The notes below the pieces were generated by a model, which was not told where the DNA came from, did no database searches, and was given only the letters and a program-made list of their open reading frames with translations. A stretch of 64,000 nt of DNA from positions 154,679-218,678 of the forward strand of contig CAYQXJ010000006.1 in the NCBI GenBank assembly GCA_964421565.1, written 5' to 3'. Of this stretch, positions 19,448 to 29,646 are shown piece by piece (the stretch's first letter is position 1; each line of letters opens with the position of its first letter). The position numbers were made by a program, and so were the translations under genes. Origin of the DNA: an uncultured candidatus Brocadiaceae bacterium. GTDB taxonomy: Bacteria; Planctomycetota; Brocadiia; SM23-32.

Positions 19448-20353
19448 ATGCCGCGCTTCGTCTACTCGCCGGATTACTACTGCGACATCGGCGCGCACGT
19501 CTTCCCCACGTGCAAGTACGCCATGCTCCACGATCTGATGATCGCCGAGGACCTGGTGGCTGAAGGCGATTTCGCGGAGCCGCAGCCTGCCGGCCGAGCC
19601 GACCTGGAACTCGTCCACACGGCAGAATACGTCGACGACCTGATGGCCGCCCGCATGACGCGCCGCACGCAGCGCAGCGAGATGCCCATCTCGCCGCAGA
19701 TCGTACGCGCTTTCGTGCTCGGCGCCGGCGGCAGCATGCTGGCGGCAAGGCTGGCGCTGGAGAATGCGACGCTCACGATGAACCTTGCCGGCGGCTTCCA
19801 TCACGCCTTCCCCGACTGGGCGGAGGGCTTCTGCTACGTTAACGACGTGGCGGTCGCCGTGCAACGCGTGCGGCGCGACGGGCTGGCCGAGCGTGTGATG
19901 GTGCTTGACTGCGACCTGCACCAGGGCAACGGCACGGCATACATCTTCCGCCACGTGCCCGAAGTCTTTACCTTCAGCATCCACCAGGAGAACCTCTATC
20001 CCGTCAAGCAGTGCAGCGACCTGGATATCGGCCTGCCGGACTTCTGTGACGGCAGGCGATACATCGCAGAGCTGGAACGCGGACTAAACGACGCGTTCGC
20101 GGAGCACGAGTCGCAGTTCGTTATCTACCTCGCCGGCGCCGACCCTTACGAGCGGGACGTGCTGGGGGCGCTGCGCTTGAGCATGGCGGACTTGCGCGAA
20201 CGCGACGAGCTGGTGCTGGGTGCCTGCGCCCGGCGGGGCGTACCCGCCGCCACGGTGCTCGCCGGCGGCTACGCCATGCAAGTGGCGGACACCGTGCGCA
20301 TACACTGCAACACCGCCGCCGTCATTGTGGAGATGGGCGGCTATGGGTGCTGA
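19448..20353 (+). CDS. Histone deacetylase-family amidohydrolase (AcuC/HDAC-like)
   Basis: [24 protein letters not shown] and [11 protein letters not shown] are the HDAC zinc-binding D..H..D region. Confidence 0.8.
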   Translation: MPRFVYSPDYYCDIGAHVFPTCKYAMLHDLMIAEDLVAEGDFAEPQPAGRADLELVHTAEYVDDLMAARMTRRTQRSEMPISPQIVRAFVLGAGGSMLAARLALENATLTMNLAGGFHHAFPDWAEGFCYVNDVAVAVQRVRRDGLAERVMVLDCDLHQGNGTAYIFRHVPEVFTFSIHQENLYPVKQCSDLDIGLPDFCDGRRYIAELERGLNDAFAEHESQFVIYLAGADPYERDVLGALRLSMADLRERDELVLGACARRGVPAATVLAGGYAMQVADTVRIHCNTAAVIVEMGGYGC

Positions 20354-21122
20354 GGCGCCGGGGCGAGTCCTGTCGGCACTCCGCGTCCCGATGCGCAGGG
20401 CCGCCGACGCCCTGCTCGATTGGTTCTACCCTCGCCACTGCCAGCACTGCGCAGCGCCCATCACGCGGCCGGGTGGGCGGGTCGTGTGCCGGAGCTGCTA
20501 TGACGAGCTGGCCGCATCGCGCATCGGGGGCAAGCTGTGTGCGCTTTGCGGCGTGCCGATGGAGGTTGCGCCCGGCTCGGGAACGTTCTGCCTCGACTGT
20601 CGGCTCGAAGAGCGCCACTTCGACCTGGCCCGCGCCATCTTCGCCTACCGGGGCCCGGCCATGTCGGTGCTGAAGAGCTACAAGTTCGGCGGCAACTTCC
20701 ACGTCGGGCCCCTGCTGCTGAAGGGGGCGATCGCGAGTGGATGGATGCCCTCCGACCTCTCCGCCCCGGAGGTCCTCGTTCCCGTACCACTGCACGCGCG
20801 CAGGCTGCGCGAACGCGGATACAACCAGTCATTGCTGCTCAGCAGGGGGCTGCGTCGGGTGTGGCATGCCGACCTGGCGGAAGGGGCCTTGCGCCGCACG
20901 CGATACACGCAGCAGCAGGCACGCCTCTCCATGCGACGGCGTTGGGACAACGTGCGCGGCGCCTTCGCGCTCAGGCGCGCCGAACACGTGCAGGGGCGCA
21001 GGGTATTGCTGGTTGACGATGTGATGACGACGGGCATGACGGCGGACGAGTGCGCGCGTGTGCTGAAGGACGCAGGAGCGGCCCGCGTGGAGGTCTTCAC
21101 CCTCTGCCGCACGTCACACTGA
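20343..21122 (+). CDS. ComF/GntX-family phosphoribosyltransferase-domain protein
   Basis: N-terminal Cys-rich zinc ribbon (CQHC...CRSC, CALC...CLDC) plus C-terminal PRTase motif [13 protein letters not shown]; overlaps end of preceding gene. Confidence 0.7.
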   Translation: MGAEAPGRVLSALRVPMRRAADALLDWFYPRHCQHCAAPITRPGGRVVCRSCYDELAASRIGGKLCALCGVPMEVAPGSGTFCLDCRLEERHFDLARAIFAYRGPAMSVLKSYKFGGNFHVGPLLLKGAIASGWMPSDLSAPEVLVPVPLHARRLRERGYNQSLLLSRGLRRVWHADLAEGALRRTRYTQQQARLSMRRRWDNVRGAFALRRAEHVQGRRVLLVDDVMTTGMTADECARVLKDAGAARVEVFTLCRTSH

Positions 21123-21437
21123 GCAAAGGGGCGTTGCGCCTTATCAGTGCCGCGGGTATACTGATGAACGAATTGCACCGAAGCTGCACCAAGCAATATG
21201 AAGTGAGTTGCCCGGAGCTTGACGACGAGGTGGTCGTGCTCATGCGGGAGGCCGGGGCCGTGGGGGCCAGATTGACCGGGGCCGGCTTCGGGGGGGTTTG
21301 CCATCGGGCTGCTGAAGCGCAAGCGCGCCGACGTGGTGAAACAGCATCTGGCGATGAACTTCTACCGCTCCAGATGGGCCGAAGCCGACCGATGCGTATT
21401 CGTGTTCCGTCCGGCGGGCGGGGCGTCCGTGACAGAG
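21123..21437 (+). pseudogene. C-terminal remnant of a GHMP-kinase (galactokinase-like) gene, frameshifted in a G7 homopolymer
   Basis: LMNELHRSCTKQYEVSCPELDDEVVVLMREAGAVGARLTGAGFGG matches the galactokinase C-terminal region (LMNESHxSxRDDYEVSCPELDxLV...GARMTGAGFGGC). The expected continuation AIGLLKRKRADVVKQHLAMNFYRS...VFVFRPAGGASVTEWV is in the +1 frame after the run cttcgggggggtttgcc near 21286-21296. No N-terminal two-thirds and no start codon are present, and the fragment begins right after the comF stop. Confidence 0.5.
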
Positions 21438-21485
21438 TGGGTCTGAGCGGTTTCGGGGCGCGGCCTACAGACCAAAAGGGGGCAT

Positions 21486-22331
21486 ATGATGCACACAGTC
21501 AACCAATTCGCATTTTACTTCGCTACGGCAATGCTGTTCGCCTTCGGCGCCATCGGCGCCATTGGCCAGGAGCAGTTCACCTACGATGACTACGCCCGCG
21601 TGCTCGCTCAACACGTCGATGACAGGGGCATGGTCGATTACCAGGCACTCAAGGCGAATCGCGAGCCGCTGGACCGTTTTGGCCGAAGCCTTGCAGGGCT
21701 TGAGCGGCATGAGTTCAGAAACTGGGAACCTGAGGAACAGATCGCCTTCTGGATCAATGCCTACAATGCGCTGACGTTGCAGGTGATCATCGACAACTAC
21801 CCGATCAAGGCGGGGTTCTTCGGCTCGTTGCGCTTTCCCAAGAACAGTATACGCCAGATATCGGGGGTGTGGGACGAGATCACTTTCCCCGTGATGGGAC
21901 GGCAGATGACGCTGGAGGACATAGAGCACGGCACCCTGCGCAAGGACTACGACGAGCCGCGCATCCACCTGGCCCTTGTCTGCGCGGCCATGGGCTGCCC
22001 GAAACTGCGTAATGAACCTTACGTGGGCGAGCGACTCGAAGAACAGCTCAACGACCAGGGGCGTCACTTCGTCCGCCAGCCGGACAAGTTCCGCATCGAC
22101 CGCCGCCGGGGCCGGGTTCACATCTCGCCCATTTTTAAGTGGTTTGGGGAGGACTTCGTGTCCCGGTATGCGCCATCGGCGGGTTTCCGGGGCCACGATC
22201 GCGAGGAGCGGGCCGTCCTGAGCTTCTTGAGCCGGTACCTGGAGGACGCCGACCGCCGCTACCTGCGCACGGAGGACTACGATCTGAAGTGGCTCGACTA
22301 CGACTGGTCGCTCAACGAGCAGCCCGAGTAG
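21486..22331 (+). CDS. DUF547-domain protein, probably secreted
   Basis: The N-terminal hydrophobic signal is MMHTVNQFAFYFATAMLFAFGAIGAIG. FWINAYNALTLQ, HLALVCAAMGCP and ISPIFKWF are typical of DUF547. The ATG is preceded by AAGGGGG. Confidence 0.65.
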   Translation: MMHTVNQFAFYFATAMLFAFGAIGAIGQEQFTYDDYARVLAQHVDDRGMVDYQALKANREPLDRFGRSLAGLERHEFRNWEPEEQIAFWINAYNALTLQVIIDNYPIKAGFFGSLRFPKNSIRQISGVWDEITFPVMGRQMTLEDIEHGTLRKDYDEPRIHLALVCAAMGCPKLRNEPYVGERLEEQLNDQGRHFVRQPDKFRIDRRRGRVHISPIFKWFGEDFVSRYAPSAGFRGHDREERAVLSFLSRYLEDADRRYLRTEDYDLKWLDYDWSLNEQPE

Positions 22332-22499
22332 CTGCGCTGAGGCAGCAGAGCTGGCGTGCCACGCGTCGCTAACAGCGGCCTGTTGATTTCCTCGGACACA
22401 AGGGGTGGTAAATGCCAGCCCTTCTGCTACAATGGCGCCACCTGTGGTTGCTGACAGGCAACTTGCTCCCGACAGGTGGAGGTCCCGAGGCAGACGGCC

Positions 22500-24836
22500 A
22501 TGGCGACGCGGAAGACATGGGCTCCAAAGGTTGCGACCATTGCGCTCGGCGTCCTGGCGCTGTGTGGGCTGTATGCGGCGCGCCTTTACAGCTATTTGCT
22601 GTTTCATGCCCTTGCCGAGACTTTCAGCATCGTCGTCGCCTGCAGCATCTTCATGCTGGTGTGGAACGGGCGGGAGTTCATTGAGAACAACTGCTTGATC
22701 GTTCTCGGCGTGGCCTACCTGTTCGTGGGCGCGACGGACCTGGTGCACACGCTCGCCTTCCCGGGCATGGGCGTTTTCCACGATCACGGCGCCGACCTAC
22801 CGACGCAGTTGTGGGTGGGAGCGCGGGGGCTGGAGGCGGCTGCGCTGCTGGTGGGTCCGCTGATGCTTCGGCGATCGAAGCGCCCTGGCCTGTGGCTGGC
22901 GTGCTCCGGCGGCGTCTTCGCGCTGTTGTTGGCTTCCATCTTCTGGTGGGACATTTTCCCCACCGCGTATGCTTCCGGCGGCCTGACCCCTTTCAAGAAG
23001 GGCGCCGAGTACGTCATCTGTGGACTGCTGGTGGTTTCGGGGCTCATCCTGTATCGACGCCGACAGCACTTCGAAACGCAGGTGCTGCACCTTCTGCTCG
23101 CATCGGTCGGAGTCACCATCGCCGCCGAGCTTCTGTTCACCATGTACACCGACCCCCACGGGACGGCGAACCTGCTGGGGCACTTCTTCAAGATCGTTTC
23201 GTTCTACCTGATATACAAGGGGGTGGTGCAGAACGGTTTGGTGCGGCCCTACAGTCTGCTCTTCCGCGAGCTGAGCCGACGGGAAAGGCAACTGCAGAAG
23301 GCCCACACCGAGCTGGAAGAGCACGTGCAGCGGCGTACGGAGGAACTGCGCGCTGAAGTGGCCGAGCGTCGCCGCATGGAACAGGAACTGCGCCGGGCCA
23401 ATGACCTGCTGGAGAGCGCTTTCTCCAGCATCCACATCCTGATCGCCTACCTGGACCCCCAGCTCAACTTCGTGCGCGTCAACCAGGCGTATGCGGAGGC
23501 GCACGGCCACGCGGCGGACCACTTCCCGGGCAAGAACCTGTTCGACCTCGCATGTGGGGAAGCCCACCGTGAGACCTTTGAGCGCGCCGCCCACATGGCT
23601 GAGAGCTACTTCGCTTTCGAGGAGCATTTCGAGCACGGTGGTGAACCCTTGCGGGGCAATGACTACTGGGACTGGAGCCTGCAGCCTGTCAGAGGCGAGG
23701 GCGGCGAGACAGAGGGCCTGGTGCTCTGCATGATCAACGCCACGGAGCGTCGGCACGCTCAACAGGCGCTGCGCGAGAGCGAGGAACGCTTCCGTCGGCT
23801 TGTGGAGAACGCTCACGATATCATCTACTGCTGGCGGCTGGAGCCGCAGTTCAGCGTCGACTACATCAGCCCCGCCAGCGCCTCGGTGATGGGTTACGGG
23901 CCGGAGGAATTCTACGCCACGCCCTCGCTGGCGCTTCAGATCGTGCATCCGGGTGATCGGGCGAAGTACCGCCGCATACTGCGCGACGCCGGCTCGGCGC
24001 AGGGGCCCTACGAGGTGCGATTGATCGCGCGTGACGGGCGCACCATCTGGACGGAGCAGACCTTGGTGCCGGTGGCCGAGGAGCCCGGCCACGTCGTCGC
24101 CGTGCAGGGCGTGGCGCGCGACATAACGGAACGCAAGGAAGACGAGTCGCGCATTCTGGCATATCAGCGGCAACTGCGCTCGCTGGCGTCGGAGGTGCTG
24201 CTGGCGGAGGAACGGGAGAGGCGCCGCATCGCCGCCGACCTGCATGACGGAGTGGGCCAGACGTTGGCGGCCGCCCGCATGCGCCTGGCGGCGTTGAGCA
24301 GCGCACAGCAACCTGACGCCGAACAGGAGCTGAGCGCCCTGCGAGACCTGATCGACAGCACCATAAAAGACACCCGCAGTCTGACGTTCGAGATCAGCCC
24401 GCCCGTGCTCTATGAACTGGGTCTCGAGCCGGCCCTGGAGTGGCTCTGCGAGCAGGTGAGCAAGCGCTACGGGATGGCCGTCAGGTTCGTGGCCGAGAAG
24501 GGAGGATCGCAGTTGAGCGAAGACCTGCGGGTTGTGCTCTTCCGCGCGGTGCGCGAGGCGCTGGCGAACGCGTCGAAACACGCTGACGCCGACCGCGTGG
24601 TCGTCACCATGCGGCGCGAGGATTCTGCCCTCGCCCTGACCGTTGCCGACGACGGGAAGGGGTTCGACACGTCTGTTCTGAACGAAGAGCATAACGCGGG
24701 CTACGGCCTGTTCCACATCCGCGAAAGACTCGGGCACATGGGAGGTTTAGTGCGCATTGACTCCCGCCCTGGAGACGGCACCATGTTGCTGATGAGGGTG
24801 CCGATCGCACAACCCGCAACGCAAAGGAGCGACTGA
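22500..24836 (+). CDS. Sensor histidine kinase with a polytopic membrane N-terminus, PAS domains and a NarL-type (HisKA_3 + HATPase_c) kinase core
   Basis: About 6 predicted transmembrane helices in the first 250 aa, PAS-like segments, H-box ERRRIAADLHDGVGQ, and ATPase motifs (NASKHA, DDGKGFD, GYGL). An alternative GTG start at 22476 is possible. Confidence 0.8.
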   Translation: MATRKTWAPKVATIALGVLALCGLYAARLYSYLLFHALAETFSIVVACSIFMLVWNGREFIENNCLIVLGVAYLFVGATDLVHTLAFPGMGVFHDHGADLPTQLWVGARGLEAAALLVGPLMLRRSKRPGLWLACSGGVFALLLASIFWWDIFPTAYASGGLTPFKKGAEYVICGLLVVSGLILYRRRQHFETQVLHLLLASVGVTIAAELLFTMYTDPHGTANLLGHFFKIVSFYLIYKGVVQNGLVRPYSLLFRELSRRERQLQKAHTELEEHVQRRTEELRAEVAERRRMEQELRRANDLLESAFSSIHILIAYLDPQLNFVRVNQAYAEAHGHAADHFPGKNLFDLACGEAHRETFERAAHMAESYFAFEEHFEHGGEPLRGNDYWDWSLQPVRGEGGETEGLVLCMINATERRHAQQALRESEERFRRLVENAHDIIYCWRLEPQFSVDYISPASASVMGYGPEEFYATPSLALQIVHPGDRAKYRRILRDAGSAQGPYEVRLIARDGRTIWTEQTLVPVAEEPGHVVAVQGVARDITERKEDESRILAYQRQLRSLASEVLLAEERERRRIAADLHDGVGQTLAAARMRLAALSSAQQPDAEQELSALRDLIDSTIKDTRSLTFEISPPVLYELGLEPALEWLCEQVSKRYGMAVRFVAEKGGSQLSEDLRVVLFRAVREALANASKHADADRVVVTMRREDSALALTVADDGKGFDTSVLNEEHNAGYGLFHIRERLGHMGGLVRIDSRPGDGTMLLMRVPIAQPATQRSD

Positions 24837-24839
24837 GAG

Positions 24840-25490
24840 ATGGGCACGCGGGTTCTGATCGCCGACGACCATGCCATTATTCGCGACGGGCTGACTGCCC
24901 TGCTCAAGGCGCAGCAGGGCATGCAGGTCCTCGGCACCGCCAGTGACGGCCGCACGGCCGTGGAACTGACGCGGGAGATGGCGCCAGACGTGGTGATCAT
25001 GGACATCGCAATGCCCGACCTGAACGGCATGGAGGCCACGCGGCAGATACGCGAGGCCAGCCCGCCCACCCGTGTTATCGCTCTGTCCATGCATTCGGAC
25101 CGGCGCTTCGTGCAAGGGATGCTCAAGTCCGGCGCGGACGGCTATCTGCTGAAAGACTCCGCGTTCGAAGAACTGGTTCAGGCCGTGCGCGCCGTGACGG
25201 CGGGGCAGAGGTACCTGTCCACTCAGATCACCGACGTTGTGCTGGATCAATACATGGACCTTGCCGAAGACGAGGGGTCGCCGGCGAGTGTGCTTAGCGC
25301 CAGGGAACGCGAGGTGCTGCAACTGCTCGCCGAGGGCAAGGCCACCAAGCAGATCGCCCTGTTGCTGGACATCAGTGTAAAGACCGTGGAGACCTACCGC
25401 AGCCGCCTGATGAGCAAGCTCGACCTGCGCAGCGTGCCCGAACTCACCAAGTACGCCATTCGCGAAGGGCTCACCTTCCTCGACGAGTGA
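24840..25490 (+). CDS. NarL/LuxR-family response regulator
   Basis: The receiver domain is VLIADDH...VVIMDIAMPDLNG. The C-terminal LuxR HTH is LSAREREVLQLLAEGKATKQIA. The gene begins 3 nt after the kinase stop codon. Confidence 0.85.
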   Translation: MGTRVLIADDHAIIRDGLTALLKAQQGMQVLGTASDGRTAVELTREMAPDVVIMDIAMPDLNGMEATRQIREASPPTRVIALSMHSDRRFVQGMLKSGADGYLLKDSAFEELVQAVRAVTAGQRYLSTQITDVVLDQYMDLAEDEGSPASVLSAREREVLQLLAEGKATKQIALLLDISVKTVETYRSRLMSKLDLRSVPELTKYAIREGLTFLDE

Positions 25491-25591
25491 GTCCGTGGTG
25501 TCAGCCGAGGCCGCAGGTGGGGAAAGACCCTATTGTGGGCCTCTTTCGCGCCTGATATCATCCTATCAGACATGGGTGAAGATGGTACGCG

Positions 25592-25978
25592 ATGGACGAG
25601 AGAGCACTGGAACTGCGTAGGATGGGCTCCGACTTCGCCGACCGGGTGCGTCGGCGGATGGAGGCGCGTAGGTCGCTGGCAGACGAGGCGGAGAGTGCAC
25701 GGTTGGCGGCCATGGAGGCGGCCTTGCGAAAGGGCATGGTCGTGGCCGTCTGCCCGGACGCCGTGGTCGTTGCTGGCGACGCGGCGACGGCCGAGGCGCG
25801 GGGGGAGTCCGAGACAGGCTGGTTGGAGCGAGCCTACGAGAGTGGACTGTGCGGCGGTGGGGGAGAACTGGCGCGCGCCGTGCAAGTGCTGAAGCTGGTC
25901 GGTGTCTGGCCGTGGAGGCCGATTGCCGGCCCGAATGACCGACCCCGGGGGCAAGAGGCGCGCTCAGTTGCCGTCTGA
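25592..25978 (+). CDS. Hypothetical protein with no recognisable domain
   Basis: This is a 128-codon ORF with GC3-rich codon usage and no recognisable motif. Whether it codes is uncertain. Confidence 0.3.
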   Translation: MDERALELRRMGSDFADRVRRRMEARRSLADEAESARLAAMEAALRKGMVVAVCPDAVVVAGDAATAEARGESETGWLERAYESGLCGGGGELARAVQVLKLVGVWPWRPIAGPNDRPRGQEARSVAV

Positions 25979-25992
25979 CCAGTACTCTTTGC

Positions 25993-26352
25993 ATGTCGCG
26001 CTCAACTGCACGAGCAACCGAAGGGGGGTACGCTGTGGGCAAGGCAACGCCGTGGTACATTCAGCAGTCGCCGCAGATCGGTCAGGCCTTTCAGGACTTC
26101 AATGACGCCTCCGTGCAGGAAGGCGTCGTCGACGCCAAGACGAAGGCGCTCGTGCAGCTTGCCGTTTCGTGCGTCATGCGTTGTACGTACTGCACTGAAA
26201 CGCACATAGAGGGAGCCGAGCAGGCGGGGGCTTCAAAGCGGGAGATATCGGAGATCCTGTTGCTGACAGCCGCCCAGTGCGCGGGCACCCAACTGGCCTG
26301 GCACAAGGACTACTTCGTGCCGGAGCTGAGCAAGCGGGCGGACGAGGACTGA
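25993..26352 (+). CDS. Carboxymuconolactone decarboxylase (AhpD-like) family protein
   Basis: It has the ~115 aa size of CMD-fold proteins. ALVQLAVSCVMRCTYCTETH resembles the AhpD-like core Cys/His motif. The start codon is uncertain. Confidence 0.55.
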   Translation: MSRSTARATEGGYAVGKATPWYIQQSPQIGQAFQDFNDASVQEGVVDAKTKALVQLAVSCVMRCTYCTETHIEGAEQAGASKREISEILLLTAAQCAGTQLAWHKDYFVPELSKRADED

Positions 26353-26434
26353 TCCCAACCTGACGGGCCGAAGGGTTCGTCCCGGCCCGAGAAAGCGGAA
26401 GCCGGCCTCATGGCACGGCGCACCGCGCATAGAT

Positions 26435-26457
26435 GGGGCGCCCCAGGTGGGCGCCCC
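26435..26457. terminator. GC-rich hairpin between the convergent CMD-family gene and the rubredoxin gene; it could act as a bidirectional terminator
   Basis: The hairpin is GGGGCGCCC-caggt-GGGCGCCCC, a perfect 9-bp stem with a 5-nt loop. It is followed by CTTT on the plus strand. Confidence 0.45.
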
Positions 26458-26477
26458 CTTTCCTTGCGACGACCCTC

Positions 26478-26639
26478 TCAGTCCCGGGCCATGAAGAACT
26501 CGGCCGTGGCCCCGCAGATCGGGCACCGCCACTCATTGGGAAGCTCCACGAAGGGCGTGCCCGGGGGCACTCCTTGTTCCGGATCCCCCTGCTGCGGGTC
26601 GTACACGTAGTCGCATAGCAGGCATTCGTGATGCGTCAT
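26478..26639 (-). CDS. rub: Rubredoxin
   Basis: MTHHECLLCDYVYDPQQGDPEQGVPPGTPFVELPNEWRCPICGATAEFF has the two CxxCG knuckles and the conserved aromatic residues of rubredoxin. It is 53 aa long. Confidence 0.85.
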   Translation of the reverse strand: MTHHECLLCDYVYDPQQGDPEQGVPPGTPFVELPNEWRCPICGATAEFFMARD

Positions 26640-26728
26640 GGGCGGGGGATCTTCCTTTCGTCCGCCATCTGGAGAGAAGAAAGGGGCCCCGAAAGCGGCC
26701 CCCATTGTAGCTCACCTACACGCCGCTT

Positions 26729-28378
26729 TCAGGCGAGGGCCTCCTCCAGGTCCTGCTCAACGGTTGAGATGGGTTGGATGTGGAACTTGTCGACGAGCAC
26801 CTTCAGGACGGGATCGGTGATGAAGGCCGGCAGGCTCGGCCCGAGCTTCATATCTTCGATGCCCAGGCTGAACAGGGTCAGCAGGATCGCCACCGCCTTC
26901 TGCTCATACCAGGAGAGGATGAAGGAGAGCGGCAGTTCGTTTACCTCGCAGTCGAAGGCGTCTGCCAGTGCCAGCGCAATCTGTATGGCGGAGTAGGAGT
27001 CATTGCATTGCCCGATGTCGAGCAGGCGCGGTATGCCGCCGATGTCGCCGAACTCGAGCTTGTTGAAACGATACTTGCCGCAGGCGAGGGTCAGGATCAG
27101 GCAGTCGTCAGGAACCGACTCGGCGAACCGGGTGTAGTAGTTGCGCCCGGGCTTCGCTCCGTCGCAGCCGCCGATCAGGAAGAAGTGGCGGATGTCGCCG
27201 TTCTTCACCGCGTCAATCACTGCCCCCGCGACGCCCATGACGGCCTCGTGGCCGAAGCCGACGGTAATCGTCTTCTCTTCGTCGTCTTCGGCAAAGCCTT
27301 CGGCCGCCTGAGCCGCCTGTATGACCTGCGAGAAGTCGGTATCGCTGATGTGGGTGACGCCGGGCCAGCCGGTCGGGCCGCTGGTGAATATGCGCTCCTT
27401 GTAGGTGTCCTTCGGCTTCATCAGGCAGTTGGTGGTCATCAACACGGCGCCGGGGAAGTCCTCGAACTCCGAGCGTTGGTTCTGCCATGCACTGCCATAG
27501 TTGCCGACCAGATGTTCGTGCTTCTTCAGCTCGGGATATCCGTGAGCGGGCAGCATTTCGCCGTGCGTGTAGACGTTGATGCCCGTTCCTTCGGTCTGCT
27601 CCAGCAGCGCCTTCAGGTCCTTCAGGTCGTGGCCGCTGACCACGATGCACTTACCTTTCAGCGGTGTCACGCGCACCTGCGTGGGTTCGGGATCGCCATA
27701 AGTGCCCGTGTTCGCCCTGTCCAGCAGTTCCATCGCCTGCAGGTTGAGCTCCCCGGTCTGGAGCGCGTGGGCCAGAAGGTCGCCCATGTCCGTCGGCTCG
27801 GACGCCACGTAATCGAGCAGTTCATGGAACAGCGCGTAGGTTTCGTCATCCTCCTCGCCAAGGATGGCGGCGTGATGCGCGTAGGCGGCGGCGCCTTTCA
27901 CGCCATAGACGATGGCTTCCTGCAGGCCGGCCACATCCTCGCCGTGGCGATCGATGCGGTTCTCGATGGAGAGCTGTTCGCCCTGGCTTATCATGTCGTT
28001 CAGGTCGTCGGCCGGTTCGAGGGCGGCGGTGCCGTCCAGCTCTTCGGGCGCTCTGTCTGCTTCGCGACAGGCGTCTTCATAGCGCCCCTTCAGCCGTTCG
28101 CGCAGCTCGGTGCCCCTTCTCACGTAGTCCTGCAGGTATTCGGGGTCGAAGTTGGTGTTGGTCAGCGTGGTGAACATCGCGTCGCAGACGAACCGGTCGG
28201 CCTCGTTGTCACGCGCGCCCAGCTCGCCGGCGCGGCGGCCGTACATCGCAACACCTTTGGTCAGGTGGACCAGCAAGTCCTGCATGGCTGCCGTTTCGGG
28301 ATCCTTGCCGCACACACCGTAGCTGGTGCATCCGTTGCCCTGTGCCGTCTGTTCGCACTGGTAGCAGAACATGCTCAT
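26729..28378 (-). CDS. hcp: Hybrid cluster protein (hydroxylamine reductase / prismane protein)
   Basis: The (MS)MFCYQCEQTAQGNGCTSYGVCGK N-terminal cubane-cluster motif is present. The length is 549 aa with Hcp-like conservation throughout. Confidence 0.9.
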   Translation of the reverse strand: MSMFCYQCEQTAQGNGCTSYGVCGKDPETAAMQDLLVHLTKGVAMYGRRAGELGARDNEADRFVCDAMFTTLTNTNFDPEYLQDYVRRGTELRERLKGRYEDACREADRAPEELDGTAALEPADDLNDMISQGEQLSIENRIDRHGEDVAGLQEAIVYGVKGAAAYAHHAAILGEEDDETYALFHELLDYVASEPTDMGDLLAHALQTGELNLQAMELLDRANTGTYGDPEPTQVRVTPLKGKCIVVSGHDLKDLKALLEQTEGTGINVYTHGEMLPAHGYPELKKHEHLVGNYGSAWQNQRSEFEDFPGAVLMTTNCLMKPKDTYKERIFTSGPTGWPGVTHISDTDFSQVIQAAQAAEGFAEDDEEKTITVGFGHEAVMGVAGAVIDAVKNGDIRHFFLIGGCDGAKPGRNYYTRFAESVPDDCLILTLACGKYRFNKLEFGDIGGIPRLLDIGQCNDSYSAIQIALALADAFDCEVNELPLSFILSWYEQKAVAILLTLFSLGIEDMKLGPSLPAFITDPVLKVLVDKFHIQPISTVEQDLEEALA

Positions 28379-28432
28379 GTGATGTTACCCCCTGTTGCTG
28401 GAAGCGATAGTTACGAGTTTTGCGGTCGTGGA

Positions 28433-29623
28433 TCAGATGTCCTTCGTTCTGTCCGCCATCTGGCGTCCCCACTCGCGGCACGCCTGCAGGGCGTCCGCGT
28501 CTGGCTGCCACTTGCACTTGATGCCGTCCGTCGCCAGCGGGATACTGCACTGTTCGAAGTGGTTTTCGATGATCTGAACGGCCTCGCCGCTCCAGCCGTA
28601 GCTGCCGAACGCGGCGCCGATTTTGTTCTGGAAACGCAACCCCCGCAGGTCCTCCAGTATGGGCCGGATGGTCGGCAGCACGCCCTGATTCAGGGTCGGC
28701 GAGCCGATGATCACGGAGTGAGCCTTGAAGACCTCGACCAGGGCGTCATTACGGTCGGTGACGCCCATGTGAAGTATCTTGTGGTCTACGCCCCCGTCGC
28801 TGAGCCCGGCTCCGATGGCATCGGCCATGCGACGCGTGCCCTCCCACATGGTGTCGAACAGGATGACGGCACGCGGGCGGGGTTCCTGTTTCGCCCACTC
28901 CACGTATTTCTCAACGATCTGCATCGGCTCCCGTCGCCATATGATGCCATGACTTGGCGCGATCATCTCGATGTCGAGATCCAGCGGCCCGAGCTCCTCC
29001 ACCTTCCGAAGCACCTGCGGGCTGAACGGCGTCAGGATGTTGACGTAATACTTGAGCGCCTCGTCGAACAACTCCTTCTGGTTCACCTGATCGTTGAAGC
29101 GGAACGCCGTGGCGTAGTGTTGTCCGAAGGCGTCGTTGGGCATCAGTATGTGGTCGGCGGTCAGGTAGGTGAACATGCTGTCCGGCCAGTGCAGCATGGG
29201 CGCCTCGACGAACATCAGGTCATTGCGCCCGACGTTGACCGTGTCGCCGGTGTTGACAGCCTTGAAGTCCCAGTCTTTGTGAAAGTGGCCGGGGATGCTC
29301 CGCTTGCCGCGGCGGGAGACGATGAGCGTGGCGTCCGGGCAATGCCGCAGCAGGGCGGGCAGAGCGCCGGAGTGGTCGATCTCGGAGTGGTTCGCCACCA
29401 CGATGTCGATCTGCGCCGGGTCAATGATCTCGCGGATGTTTTCGAGCATCTCCTCGGCGAACGGTTCCCACACGGTGTCGACCAGCACTGTCTTCTCGTC
29501 GAGGATCAGGTACGCATTGTAGCTGGAGCCGCGGTGCGTGGAGAGTTCGTGTCCGTGGAAGTGCCGCAGGTCCCAGTCCACGACGCCCACCCAGTAGACG
29601 CCGTCCTTTAGTTTTTCTGGCAT
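28433..29623 (-). CDS. Flavodiiron protein (rubredoxin:oxygen / nitric oxide reductase, FprA/ROO-type)
   Basis: N-terminal metallo-beta-lactamase-like diiron domain (VYWVG, NHSEIDHSGALP H-x-E-x-D-H motif) plus C-terminal flavodoxin-like domain; ~396 aa. Confidence 0.9.
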   Translation of the reverse strand: MPEKLKDGVYWVGVVDWDLRHFHGHELSTHRGSSYNAYLILDEKTVLVDTVWEPFAEEMLENIREIIDPAQIDIVVANHSEIDHSGALPALLRHCPDATLIVSRRGKRSIPGHFHKDWDFKAVNTGDTVNVGRNDLMFVEAPMLHWPDSMFTYLTADHILMPNDAFGQHYATAFRFNDQVNQKELFDEALKYYVNILTPFSPQVLRKVEELGPLDLDIEMIAPSHGIIWRREPMQIVEKYVEWAKQEPRPRAVILFDTMWEGTRRMADAIGAGLSDGGVDHKILHMGVTDRNDALVEVFKAHSVIIGSPTLNQGVLPTIRPILEDLRGLRFQNKIGAAFGSYGWSGEAVQIIENHFEQCSIPLATDGIKCKWQPDADALQACREWGRQMADRTKDI

Positions 29624-29646
29624 GTTTGCCCCCTTATGCCGTTATG

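Noticed and set aside
25521-25550. Possible intrinsic terminator after the response regulator (GGGGAAAGACCC...GGGCCTCTTTCGCGCC)
   Set aside because: The two arms are not properly complementary (GAAAGACCC against GAAAGAGGCCC). There is no stable stem and no U-tract.
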